A stretch of 64,000 nt of DNA from Octopus bimaculoides (GCF_001194135.2 NC_068998.1:18774037-18838036); one strand, 5' to 3'; counted from the first letter of the stretch, positions 48,551 to 60,720 are shown. Numbers and translations: made by a program. The notes: a model not told the origin generated them from the sequence alone.

Positions 48551-50679
48551 TAAATATACATAAAGCGTGTCCTCTCAGGAACACAATGTATCAATTGCTG
48601 TAGATTTTAATCTACGTCAAGTGACCGGATAGCTTAATACCATATTCACTCCACAACACCACCTCTATGTATATGAATGTCATATATTATATATATGCCA
48701 ATCCAAACGGGAATTGACGCCAGGGTTTTTCTTTTTTCACATCCGCTTATATATCTGTACATTCATGTGTTTTTTGCGTGTTCGTGTTTACGCATGATCA
48801 ATGCTTTGGTTCTAGATTTTGATAGATCGACTGCATAATAATAATGATGATGATGATAACTGCGCCCAAATTTTGGCTCAAGGCCAACCCCAGTGCTAAA
48901 CAGTAACTAATTTTATCGTTCCTGAAAGATGAAACACAAAGTCAACGTCCGCGGAATTTGAACTCAGAATGTTAAAAAGCCAGGTGTTTACGGTTCTGCC
49001 AGTTTGTCACCTTAATAATAATAATAATTATGGTTTCAAAGTTCGGAGGAGGGGACTAGCACAAAGTTTGGAGGAGGGGAAACAGTCGATTACATCGACC
49101 CCAGTGTTCAACTGGCACTTAATTTATCGACCCCGAAAGGATGAAAGACGAAGTCTACCTTGGCGGAATTTGAACTCAAAACGTAAAGCGGGACGAAATG
49201 CTGCTAAGCATTTTGTCTGGCTTGCTAATTATTCTGCCAGCCCGAAGCTTTGACAACAACAACAACAACAACAGCAGCTGCAGCAGCAGGAGTAGCAACA
49301 AAACGTTTTGAAGTATTTAGATTATATAAGTGAAAGTCAAGTACTAGAGGTCAGTTTGAACTCACCACCACCACCACCACCACCACCACCACCATCACCA
49401 CAATACTGCAAAATAACTAGTGTTCTTGAGTGTATGGTAGAAGTTATTATAATTATATAACGAATTATGTTCGGTCTATTGGGTGGGGGTTGAAGTTAGC
49501 TGTTCATGGTGTGCGGAGTCTTGATTGTTTCCGTTTCTTTTTATTAATTCAATGACCTCTAACTGAATGCAATATGCTTTCTCTTCAGTATCTTCAATCC
49601 TACGCTACTTCGTAACAATTTTATTCAGGATATTGGCTTATCTCATCATTTCTTGATAGTCTCGTGATATAACACATGCATAGGCACGAGTTCACACACA
49701 CGCACTCACTCTCCCATATATATATANNNNNNNNNNNNNNNNNNNNNNNNNNNNNNNNNNNNNNNNNNNNNNNNNNNNNNNNNNNNNNNNNNNNNNNNNN
49801 NNNNNNNNNNNNNNNNNNNNNNNNNNNNNNNNNNNNNNNNNNNNNNNNNNNNNNNNNNNNNNNNNNNNNNNNNNNNNNNNNNNNNNNNNNNNNNNNNNNN
49901 NNNNNNNNNNNNNNNNNNNNNNNNNNNNNNNNNNNNNNNNNNNNNNNNNNNNNNNNNNNNNNNNNNNNNNNNNNNNNNNNNNNNNNNNNNNNNNNNNNNN
50001 NNNNNNNNNNNNNNNNNNNNNNNNNNNNNNNNNNNNNNNNNNNNNNNNNNNNNNNNNNNNNNNNNNNNNNNNNNNNNNNNNNNNNNNNNNNNNNNNNNNN
50101 NNNNNNNNNNNNNNNNNNNNNNNNNNNNNNNNNNNNNNNNNNNNNNNNNNNNNNNNNNNNNNNNNNNNNNNNNNNNNNNNNNNNNNNNNNNNNNNNNNNN
50201 NNNNNNNNNNNNNNNNNNNNNNNNNNNNNNNNNNNNNNNNNNNNNNNNNNNNNNNNNNNNNNNNNNNNNNNNNNNNNNNNNNNNNNNNNNNNNNNNNNNN
50301 NNNNNNNNNNNNNNNNNNNNNNNNNNNNNNNNNNNNNNNNNNNNNNNNNNNNNNNNNNNNNNNNNNNNNNNNNNNNNNNNNNNNNNNNNNNNNNNNNNNN
50401 NNNNNNNNNNNNNNNNNNNNNNNNNNNNNNNNNNNNNNNNNNNNNNNNNNNNNNNNNNNNNNNNNNNNNNNNNNNNNNNNNNNNNNNNNNNNNNNNNNNN
50501 NNNNNNNNNNNNNNNNNNNNNNNNNNNNNNNNNNNNNNNNNNNNNNNNNNNNNNNNNNNNNNNNNNNNNNNNNNNNNNNNNNNNNNNNNNNNNNNNNNNN
50601 NNNNNNNNNNNNNNNNNNNNNNNNNNNNNNNNNNNNNNNNNNNNNNNNNNNNNNNNNNNNNNNNNNNNNNATATATATA

Positions 50680-51086
50680 CAGGGTGCGATGGGTAAATTG
50701 TGGCCGTTTTATATTTTGAATTTCGTGCATGCACATTGTTTGTCTTTGATTTTGTCGACTACACAGTATAGTAGGGTCAGTTGGGTATCGTCTGTGGGAA
50801 AAAAAAAACACCATGACGCAATTCACTCTGCTAGAAATTTGGAACCGACATACTGTACTGCTTGGCATTCGCGCTGGAAGCTCCAATACGAACATTTCAG
50901 AGTGTCTGGGTGTCAATCTGAGGACAGTGCAATCTGAGGACATGTACCGTGAGTGATAAAAATCAAACAACCAGTCAACATCATGGTGTTTGGAGGGATC
51001 ACTAGCGATGGCGACGTTATGCATCCATTCATCTTCCTACACGGCCTCACACTCAGGACGGAGGCCTACATCAAGTGCCTGGAGGA
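50680..51086 (+). mobile_element. Tc1/mariner (maT/DD37D-like) remnant with a left TIR
   Basis: TA followed by CAGGGTGCGATGGGTAAATT; peptide KQPVNIMVFGGITSDGDVMHPFIF.HGL....EAYIKCLEEV. Confidence 0.7.
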
Positions 51087-51517
51087 GGTATATATCGATC
51101 CTCAAGCTCAACTGCTACTTACTTTATCGGTTCCCCGAAAAGATCAAAAGCAATGTCCACTTCGGCGGCGTTTAGATGTAAACAATTATGAACATTTGTT
51201 ATGTGTGATTCTTGTAGGTAGAGTACGGGTGGCGTATGGCGGTGATGGAGTTAATAAGATATTGGACCTTCTGGTACCCGAGAGGTCAGAAGTTCGTATT
51301 CTGTTAACGGCACTGCGCTTTGCTTGTGATCAAATTTCAAAAAATGGTTTGTATTACATAGCTATAAAAAAAAAATGATCTTAACTCAGGATAGGAACGA
51401 CAGGTCGTTGTTGTTGTTGTTGTTCTTTAGCTTCACGTCATCTCTAATCCAACAGACTTACAATGAAAAAAATATTAGAAATATTTACATTTGACGGATA
51501 TGTGTCCTCATCTTGTT

Positions 51518-51563
51518 AATACAATGTTTCGGCTGATATATCCTCCAGCCTTCATCAGGTGTC
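51518..51563 (-). ncRNA. Minimal hammerhead ribozyme motif in the 3' pLTR (slightly decayed)
   Basis: Reverse complement reads GACAC-CTGATGA-A-GGCTG(GAGGATATAT)CAGCC-GAAACATT-GTATT; ACGT has become ACAT, consistent with CpG decay. Confidence 0.7.
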
Positions 51564-51637
51564 TTGGGGAAATTTCGAACCTGGGTTCTCATTCCTAAGG
51601 TATTTTTCGATGTTGTTATTATTATTATTATTATTCA

Positions 51638-51712
51638 GGTCACTGTCTGGAATCCACCTCGGAATCTTGGGGTTAGTAGCCCGCGCTCTTAACCATTACG
51701 CCATATGCCCGT
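51638..51712 (-). other. tRNA-derived Pol III promoter-like segment in the PLE 3' region
   Basis: Minus strand GGGCATATGGCGTAATGGTTAAGAGCGCGGGCTACTAACCCCAAGATTCCGAGGTGGATTCCAG: consensus A box TGGCGTAATGG and a decayed B box, followed by (TAA)n. Confidence 0.6.
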
Positions 51713-52657
51713 GGGTAATTATGGAGTGAATTTTAGGGCTTATAAATCTAATATTTTCCTATCCTTCCTTAATACTGGTTTCCATATGCTATTCATAGCT
51801 GCACTCGGTCTGCTTAGGACGTTGTTGTGTCCTAGCATGTGTGCTGCTTCTTTTAGTTTCCATATTTTCCAGTGGTGTTCTCTGTCTATTATTTTAACTT
51901 CATCCCACAGAGGGAGGTGGTCTCCATTTTTCCATACATGATCAGCTATACCCAATTTATCAATATCCCCTCATGTCACAGCTTTACGGTGTTTGTCTAC
52001 NNNNNNNNNNNNNNNNNNNNNGTATAACCTACCACAGCTGCATGGGATGGAGTACACGCAGTTTTTGGCCATATTCTCTTCTATTGATGATTTTACCCGA
52101 AGGAGATATTTGCAAAGTGTTGTATTGCTCTTGAATACTGTCCTGATGTCATATGGGTCGCATATCTTTTGTATCTTTTCGGAGAGGCCTTTCACATAGG
52201 GTAGACAGACTGTGGATAGTTTATTGGTTTCATCCTCTCTCTTCTTCATAATTGGAGTGGATAGTATACTTTTGGGGTAGTTGTTGCTTAACAGATCGTT
52301 ATTGAGCTTGATCATTTCTTCGTGGTGTGTATCACGATCGCTACTTATATTCTTTGCATGGCGTTTTAGGTACTGAGTAATCCCCCTCTTTACACTGTAC
52401 GGATGGTGGGAATTGAAGTTGAGGTATCGTCCAGTGAAGGTCGGCCTGCAATATACAGATGTCCTAAATCCATACTTGGTCCGTGTTATTAATACGTCCA
52501 GGAATGCTATCTGATTGTCTTTTTCCTTTTCCATTGTGAATTGTATGAACGGTTTTATTGAGTTCACATGATCTAACAGCACTTGGACATCTTGCTGGTG
52601 GGGCCAGAGTATGAAGGTGTCATCAACATATCGCAGCCATTTGTTTGGTTTCCCAAA

Positions 52658-52703
52658 GACACCTGATGAAGGCTGGAGGGTATATCAGCCGAAACGTTGT
52701 GTT
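52658..52703 (+). ncRNA. Minimal type I hammerhead ribozyme motif in the inverted pLTR
   Basis: GACAC-CTGATGA-A-GGCTG(GAGGGTATAT)CAGCC-GAAACGTT-GTGTT: stem I, CUGAUGA core, 5-bp stem II, GAAA, palindromic ACGU in place of stem III. Confidence 0.8.
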
Positions 52704-53732
52704 AACAACAAACAAGATGAGGACAAATATCCGTCAAATGTAGATAATGTAAATGATGTAAATAATTCCTCATCTCTTAAATATAGAACTGTATTAGAAA
52801 TATTGTCTGCAATGTATTCTGGAGATGTATAACCGAATATATTAAGAAAAAGACGAGGACTATAGCACTTAAAAAAACTATCTTTTCTATTTCATAACTG
52901 GATGCCAATGAAATGGAAGTGAACCACCTGGATAAAAACCAAGTCGAAAGAAAGGAAATCGAGATATTTGTTTACAAGATGTGCATGTTTATTTGGAAAT
53001 GTGCCAATACAGTCGAAGACCAATGCTCAGGTTATATNNNNNNNNNNNNNNNNNNNNNNNNNNNNNNNNNNNNNNNNNNNNNNNNNNNNNNNNNNNNNNN
53101 NNNNNNNNNNNNNNNNNNNNNNNNNNNNNNNNNNNNNNNNNNNNNNNNNNNNNNNNNNNNNNNNNNNNNNNNNNNNNNNNNNNNNNNNNNNNNNNNNNNN
53201 NNNNNNNNNNNNNNNNNNNNNNNNNNNNNNNNNNNNNNNNNNNNNNNNNNNNNNNNNNNNNNNNNNNNNNNNNNNNNNNNNNNNNNNNNNNNNNNNNNNN
53301 NNNNNNNNNNNNNNNNNNNNNNNNNNNNNNNNNNNNNNNNNNNNNNNNNNNNNNNNNNNNNNNNNNNNNNNNNNNNNNNNNNNNNNNNNNNNNNNNNNNN
53401 NNNNNNNNNNNNNNNNNNNNNNNNNNNNNNNNNNNNNNNNNNNNNNNNNNNNNNNNNNNNNNNNNNNNNNNNNNNNNNNNNNNNNNNNNNNNNNNNNNNN
53501 NNNNNNNNTATTTATATATATAAAATTTAATAAATGGAGTAATACGCATATGTTAAATGAATTCTTTAACATATGCGTAATTACTCCATTTATTAAATCT
53601 TATATTTACTCAAATACCCCCAAATTAACAGGGAGTTTCTACCTCGTAAAATAAGTCCTATTCTTTTTTAAAAATTTATTCTTACCAGCGAGAATCGTAT
53701 GTTGTTGACGTCATAATAATTTAGAGAGAACT

Positions 53733-55930
53733 AGGGCGACGAGCTGGCAGAATCGTTAGCACGCCGGGCGAAATGCTTAGCGGTGTTTCGTCTGCTGTTA
53801 CGCTGTGAGTTCAAATTCAGCCGGGGTCGAATTTGCCTTTCATCTTTTCGGTGTCGATTAAATAAGTACCAGTTACATATTGGAGTCGATGTAATCGACT
53901 TAATCCCTTTGTCCGTCCTTGTTTGTCCCCACTATGTTTAACCTCCTGTGGGCAATAAATAAATAATTTAGAGAGAACTTGAATTTATTTATTTATTTCT
54001 CATTCATTTATCACAACAGGAAGGACAGACAGTTGATAAAGTTTAATTTGGGGAGCTGACAGAATCGTCAGCTCGCCGGATAAAATGCTTAATGGCATTT
54101 TCCGACTCTTTATGTTTGGAGTTCAAATTTCACCGAGGTCGACTTTGCTTTTATACTTTCGGGGTCCATGAAATAAGTATCAGTTGAACACTAAGGGCGA
54201 CATAATTGACTAGCCCCGATCCATCAATTTTTCTGGCCTTGTACCTCTTAGTAGAAAGGATTATGCATAATGCGACGAGCTGGTGGAATCGTTAGACTGT
54301 TGGACAAAAAGCTTAGAAACATTTCTTTTGGCTCCTTACGTTCTGAGTTCAAATAACGCCGAGGTCAACTTTGTCTTTTATTTTTTTCGGAGTCGATAAA
54401 ATAAAGTGCTCGTCAAATTCCTGGCTTTACGCCAAAATTTGAAATTATATAGATAGATAGTTTAGGTAGGTAGGTAGGTTGGTAGGTAGGTAGAGTTGCA
54501 GAAATAATAGCCGTTCATAAAAGAATTGAAATAAACAAGCAACAGTAAATCGAGAAAACACTTTCTATCGAGACTGGTTACTCAGGCTCGATAGCAAGAA
54601 AGATTACATACATCCTATTGTTGCATTCATTCAATGTCCGGTAGTTAGTTTATTTGGGCAAAATCCGGAATCTGAGGAAATTAGTTCGAATGAACAGTCA
54701 TGGCAGAATTCTTGAGAAGGAGTGTAGTTTAATGATCTAATGTCCGTTTGGGACATTAACCTTTGTATGTGAGTGGGAGGAGAAAAGAAATAGGACGGAC
54801 GTCTAGTATTCAAACCTTCGACATAAATGAAAGTCTTTTTTTAGAAAGCTGAAAACTTCGGCTCAAGGACACTATGGGCTGTACGGTCGTGAAATGAATA
54901 CCTTAACCACTGTGTCACACGTCTTCACTAGAAAATGTGCTATTGTGTTAATATATAGATATTTATTAAGGCGACGAGCTGGCAGAATCGTTAGCACGCC
55001 GGGCGAAATGCTTAGTAGTATTTCGTCTGCCTTTACGTTCTGAGTTCAAATTCCGCCGAGGTCGAATTTGCCTTTCATCCTTTCGGGGTCGATAAATTAA
55101 ATACCAGTTGCATACTGACGTCGATCTAATTGACTGGCCTCCCTCCCCAAAAATTTCGGGCCTTGTGCATAGAGTAGAAAAGAATATATAGATATTTACA
55201 GGACGGCGAGCAGGCAGAATCTTTAGCNNNNNNNNNNNNNNNNNNNNNNNNNNNNNNNNNNNNNNNNNNNNNNNNNNNNNNNNNNNNNNNNNNNNNNNNN
55301 NNNNNNNNNNNNNNNNNNNNNNNNNNNNNNNNNNNNNNNNNNNNNNNNNNNNNNNNNNNNNNNNNNNNNNNNNNNNNNNNNNNNNNNNNNNNNNNNNNNN
55401 NNNNNNNNNNNNNNNNNNNNNNNNNNNNNNNNNNNNNNNNNNNNNNNNNNNNNNNNNNNNNNNNNNNNNNNNNNNNNNNNNNNNNNNNNNNNNNNNNNNN
55501 NNNNNNNNNNNNNNNNNNNNNNNNNNNNNNNNNNNNNNNNNNNNNNNNNNNNNNNNNNNNNNNNNNNNNNNNNNNNNNNNNNNNNNNNNNNNNNNNNNNN
55601 NNNNNNNNNNNNNNNNNNNNNNNNNNNNNNNNNNNNNNNNNNNNNNNNNNNNNNNNNNNNNNNNNNNNNNNNNNNNNNNNNNNNNNNNNNNNNNNNNNNN
55701 NNNNNNNNNNNNNNNNNNNNNNNNNNNNNNNNNNNNNNNNNNNNNNNNNNCTGAGAGAAACGTTAACTCGCCGGAAAAAAATGCTAAGCGGCATTTCTTC
55801 CGGGTCTTTACTTTATGAGTTCAAATTCGGTGTTCATAAAATAAATACCAATTGAGCACTGGGGTCGATGTAATCGATTAGTCTCTCCCCTCGATAATTT
55901 CAGGTCGTGTGTCTCTTGTAGAAAGAATTA
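53733..55930 (+). mobile_element. Cluster of at least five same-strand family B SINEs
   Basis: Heads at about 53733, 54050, 54275, 54968 and 55200, plus a body near 55750. 18-bp TSD AATAATTTAGAGAGAACT around 53733-53961 and 13-bp TSD ATATAGATATTTA around about 54965-55186. Confidence 0.82.
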
Positions 55931-56086
55931 TTTCCTGTGAATGAAGCAGCTTGAAAAGCTCGCTTTACAACCAAGTGGTTTCGCCCACTACGCGGCACCT
56001 TGGGCAAGTGTCACCCACTATAGCCTCAAACCGGCACAATGCTTTGTGAGTGAATTTGGGGATGGAAACTGTGTGGATGCCCGTCG

Positions 56087-56139
<53 letters not shown>

Positions 56140-56989
56140 GTCTGTCTGTCTGTCTGTCTGTCTTGTTCGACTAAACCCTTGAAGGTGGTGTCCCAACATG
56201 GCCGCAGTTCAGCGACTGAAACAAGTAAAAGGGTAAAAGAATGAAATGTTTATTATAAAAGCGCATATAATCTTGATCTTTTTTCCCCCCTCAATCTCTT
56301 ACTTCCCGTCTAATCGTTTATCTTTTCAACCTTCTTCGCTTACCTCATATCCTTCTCTACTCGGCTTTATCATGCTTTGTAAATATTCATTGAGGTCAAA
56401 ATATAAGTAATCGACTTCCAGTAGTTTTCACATTTGCCCTTCGACAACAAAATGGAGCTTATTGGCCTAAATTCTATGTCTATCGTTATCTGTGTCTGTC
56501 TGTGTCTCTTGTTCTTTGTTTCATTCAATGTCTGTTTGTCAACTTGTCCTTTTGTCTCTCTCTGTCTTTCTCTCCCATCTCTGACCTAGTAATCTCTCTT
56601 ATAACTGTACGCGCTCTGACACGCACGCAACGCGTACACGTAGACGTTCATATACACACTTGTGCATGTCATTTATTAACTGCGAAGTTGCGTAAGTGAC
56701 CCAAATTACAGGTGCCGGTTGAAGGCATTGGCAAAGCGGTAAGTAACTTCGTGTGTTTCGTGCTAGGAAGTAGGTGGGGGATGAGGGGGGCTCCCTTCCC
56801 ATGCTCGGTGCACTGTGTATGCATTTGGAGTCTTCCAAGAAAAAACAAGGGGAAAAAATATGAAAATAATAAAATAAAATGAAATGCAATATAATAAAAC
56901 ATTTTATTCTGACATTTAATAAATTGCAACATACGCATTGTTTCTACTTTTGCAGTGTTTTCTGCTTGTCATGTATATATACATATATA

Positions 56990-57175
56990 TGGGAGAATTT
57001 ACGAAAAAAAAACAACAGACGAGGACAGGTGGTGTAAACAACAAAAGGATGTATTAGTTTAACGCTCTGGAATACAGAAAGTCTTTAACGTTTCGAGCTA
57101 CGCTCTTCAACAGAAAGAATACGGAGAAAACAAGGAGAAAAACACGGAGAAAAAAACGCGGAGAAAAAAAAAATA
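56990..57175 (-). mobile_element. Short PLE terminal-repeat fragment in (TA)n carrying a variant hammerhead (57082-57118)
   Basis: Minus strand TCTTT-CTGTTGA-A-GAGC(GTA)GCTC-GAAACGTT-AAAGA; (TA)n tracts on both sides. Confidence 0.6.
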
Positions 57176-57186
57176 TATATATATAT

Positions 57187-58425
57187 ATGATAAAACTGTT
57201 GGCTCGAGGAGTAGATATTAACACCGCTAATGTGGATGGGTTTACAGCTCTACACCAGGCATGTATTGATGACAAAATTGACATGGTGAAGTTTCTTGTT
57301 GAAAATTGGTGCTGATGTTGATGTCTGTGATAATGAAGGCTGGACACCTCTCCATGCTACAACTTCTTGTGCCTTTACTGACATAACACAATATCTTAGC
57401 ACCAGGGCCAATATAGCTGCTGTTAACAATGATGGCAATCTTCCTCTTGATATATGTGAAGAAACCAAAATGGAAAAGTTGCTTCTGGAAGAAATGAATC
57501 GCCCAGGCGTGGATGCCAAAGCAGCACAACGAGAAGAAGAAATGATGCTTTCTGATGCTAACCAATGGTTAAATTTCAATTGTATGACAGAGCGGCCTCA
57601 TGCAAAAACAGGTGTTGTTGCTCTTCATGTAGCAGCAGCAAAGGGCTATATCAAAGTTATGCATTTATTAATCCAAACAAAAGCTAATGTGGATATCAAA
57701 GACTCAGATGGTTGGACTCCTCTTAATGCAGCAACTCACTGGGGCCAGGGAAAAAGCTTGCAAAATATTAGCTGACAATTTCTGTGATATGGACTCAGAA
57801 TACAACGCAGAGCAAACTGCCTTTGATGTTGCTGATACTGAACTTCTTTCTTTACTTGAAGAACTCAAAAAGAAACAAGCTACGATTAGAGATGAAACAC
57901 CCGTACACAAAGACATTATTGTTGCTTAAGGAGTTCATCCGAAACGAAGGACATCTGTTACACGAATGCGTGTAGATCAAAAGCACAGTGTTGTCCTACA
58001 AACATTAGAACAAGAAAAGACACACCGTAAGAACTACAGAAAAGGTGAGGAAGCCCAAAAGTTCAAGTTCAAAAGTTCAACAAATGGTGACTCCAGTTCC
58101 GAGTCAGAGACAGAACGTCAAAATGAAATTAACAAGAACACATCCATCCCCCTCACGAATAAGCCAGACTCCCAGCAAACGCCAAGCAGTGTCTCATCAG
58201 GAAATGTCTCTGCTGAGTTCACAGTAACTGTGCTTCCAGAACTGCCAACAGATGACAGATTATCTAGCCGCTCGTCCAGCTAGAGCTGGTTTTCTAGTCC
58301 CTATAGCTCCTTTACTAGATATTATGTGCATTACGATCATAGACTTGAAGAAAAACGTGCTGAAAAACAGAACTCCACTGTAGTCACAACCCAAGGTCTG
58401 AGAGTTTCGTGTGTTGATACTTAAA
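57187..58425 (+). pseudogene. PPP1R12A: Processed pseudogene of myosin phosphatase targeting subunit (MYPT1/PPP1R12A/Mbs), 5'-truncated
   Basis: Intronless ankyrin-repeat sequence GVDINTANVDGFTALHQACIDD...DNEGWTPLH...ALHVAAAKGY...DGWTPL..A.HWG...QTAFDVAD...LEELKKKQ. Frameshifts near 57306 and 57748, in-frame TAA at 57927-57929, small deletions, no N-terminal RVxF motif. 3' limit approximate. Confidence 0.9.
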
Positions 58426-59606
58426 CTAAGGAACGTCATGGCCTAGTCATTAGGATGTTGTAGTCACGATCATAGGGCAGTGAGTTTAATTCTTGGACCT
58501 GGTAGCGTGTTTTGATTTTGTGTATGGTGCTTCGAGCTAAATTTGAGTATCAGCTACATGCTGGTGCATGCAGCCGTCTCTTCCTTCCGCTGTTACATAC
58601 TCAGTATTCCACTGAGTCTAGATTGGGGAGGGCAGAGAGAGAGAGAGAGTGTGTGTGTGTGTGTGTGTGTGTGTATACGTCTGCTCGCAACTACACAGGC
58701 ACCTAAAATAGTTAGCGAAAGCGTGGGACATTTCATCAAGTCATACTCGCTCATTATTGATGGCTATGGATTTTAAGGGTGTTAGGATTTAGCTTGCCCA
58801 AGATGCCATCTACACCTAGGCCTGCCATGCTTCATAATATATAAACCCTGCTTTATGTATTGTGCTCTTTTTGTCCAGTTTGTCTCACACACACACACAC
58901 ACACACACATAACACACATATGCATGCATGATGCATACATGTATACATATCTACATAATTTTCATATTCCTTTTGCCACTTCTCAGCCTTTATGTGTATG
59001 TGTCTGTACGTGTGTGTGTGTGTGTGTGTGTTTGTGTTCATGTTTCGCGTCCATTCTGAGGTAGTGATAACAATTGAAAGAAGGCCGCATTGTTACTGTT
59101 CTTATGATGACGAGGTCAAACTCACAAAAAAACCTAAACTCAGTCGTGAATTTTACCACAGTGACAATGCTTACAACCTTTAACTGTCCCAGTTTCTGCC
59201 TCTTCATCCACCTGCTAGTTCAGACCCCGAAGATTATAAAAACGACAAACCCCAAGAATTCCATAAAAAGGTAACTAACCCCAAAACAAACTCTAAGAAT
59301 AACTTACACGGCTTATTAAAAAAAAAGTAATTAGAAATCTATCTACGGAAAACAAACTGGTGAGTTGTGAAAAAGTTTAGGTAGGGCCCCTAAGGGAAAT
59401 TTGATATTGTGTAACAAGACTATTTTGTGGCTTCGGGAAGGGGGAATATCCATAAAATTTCAGTGGGAGCGAAGCCTGGCAAGCGGATAGTCACTGATCA
59501 GGGAGATAGTCACAGATCCCTCCTTGACTCACTGAAACCCAGAACGATGGATCAACTAAGTACCCCCCACACACCCACATACTCACACCTGGCGTTAGGA
59601 TTTATA

Positions 59607-60142
59607 CAGGGTGTTCCAGAATTAACTATATATTTTAATGAAATCGGGCAAATTAAAAAAAAAAAAAAACTGACAACATTTTGCTTGTTACTTAATTATA
59701 ATACCAAAACAAATAGATTTATTGTAAATTTTCAACATGTGCCCCGTCTGTACCCCTGCAAATTTCCAATCTTTCTTTAGCGTTGCGAAACATTTTAAAG
59801 CATTTCGGGAGTTATCTCCTGCACTGCTAACTGAATGCGTTTTTTAAGTTCAGCTAAACTTATTGCTCCATCCTGGGGGTGAAGGTAGAGAAAATGGTTG
59901 CAGCCAAATTGAAAAAAAAAAAAAAAGCTGTCGTGGACAGATGTGCGGGATCCAACAGAATTGAAAATAAAATTATAAATCATAAAATTATTTTAAAAAA
60001 TTAAAATTATCCATTTTAAAAAGCAAATTTAAGTATTTATACACTTTAAACACATTTTAAATATGATAAACATGAATAAAAGCGATTAAAAAAAAAATTG
60101 TTCGATCTCTCTAAAATAGATAGTTAATTCTGGGACTTCCAG
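59607..60142 (-). mobile_element. Internally deleted Tc1/mariner element with 30-bp TIRs and TA TSD
   Basis: CAGGGTGTTCCAGAATTAACTATATATTTT (59607-59636) and AAAATAGATAGTTAATTCTGGGACTTCCAG (60113-60142), TA on both sides. Remnant C-terminus LAELKKRIQLAVQEITPEML. Confidence 0.85.
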
Positions 60143-60184
60143 TATTTTCACGATATATTTATTTCAAAATATTTTTTTTTTAAT

Positions 60185-60720
60185 CGGGGTAGAAGTACTA
60201 TAGGCTCCGAAGCAATTGTTCATAAATATTCTCTGTCACACAAGCTTTCGAAGAGATTCTCACATCAACAGGGAAGATAATGACTGTACATGGCCTTTTA
60301 TTTTTGCTTCTGGCCTAAATAACTAAATCAGTTCTGTTATGCTTACAATTGGTAAAAATTGATGGGAATCTTCTACCAATATTCTTTGTATTGATATGAA
60401 TGTATGCATGCATTCCGGAGTAGAGGTGTTGTTTGTATTTATTCTAGGGCAGTCTTTTCTGCGGACGGCATTGTATATTGTTTTAGCAACAGTATCATGT
60501 CTTAGTGGGAAGTAGTGTCACAATGACATTTTTGGACTGCTGCTGACTACATGTGTTATGTTCTCCATAGTAGTGTGACGTATTCGATAGTAGCAATTGC
60601 ATGTTGGTATTTTGTGCTGTCCCATTTGTTCACGAGTTATTTCGCAGCTGCCTTCCGCTCTTGTTTTGTAAAGATGTAACCTTCGAGATGTGACATGACG
60701 TAATAGTCAGGAGCTCATGA
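60185..60720 (-). mobile_element. Degraded R4-type LINE fragment related to the 34-35 kb element
   Basis: Minus-strand remnants SHLEGYIF, ENITHVVS, PLRHDTVAKTIYNAVRRKDCP, KEYW, CKHNRTDLVI, with stops and frameshifts. Confidence 0.7.

Larger units (their letters stand above)
51480..52790 (-). mobile_element. Penelope-like element (Penelope/Poseidon type), 5'-truncated, with a direct 3' pLTR and an inverted pLTR copy at the truncated 5' end
   Basis: Minus-strand RT C-terminus (WLRYVDDTF, FTMEKEKD..IAFLDVLI, SVY..PT.TGRYLNF.SHHP) and GIY-YIG endonuclease (VYSIPCSCG.LY...H...DHV...H...W). Same terminal sequence at 51480-51570 (minus) and 52650-52790 (plus). Confidence 0.92.

Noticed and set aside
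49621-51024. Long ORFs of 340-467 aa (likewise those over gaps at 35.6, 38.4, 53.0, 55.2 and 61.3 kb)
   Set aside because: They consist mostly of X from N gaps and microsatellite-derived dipeptides.
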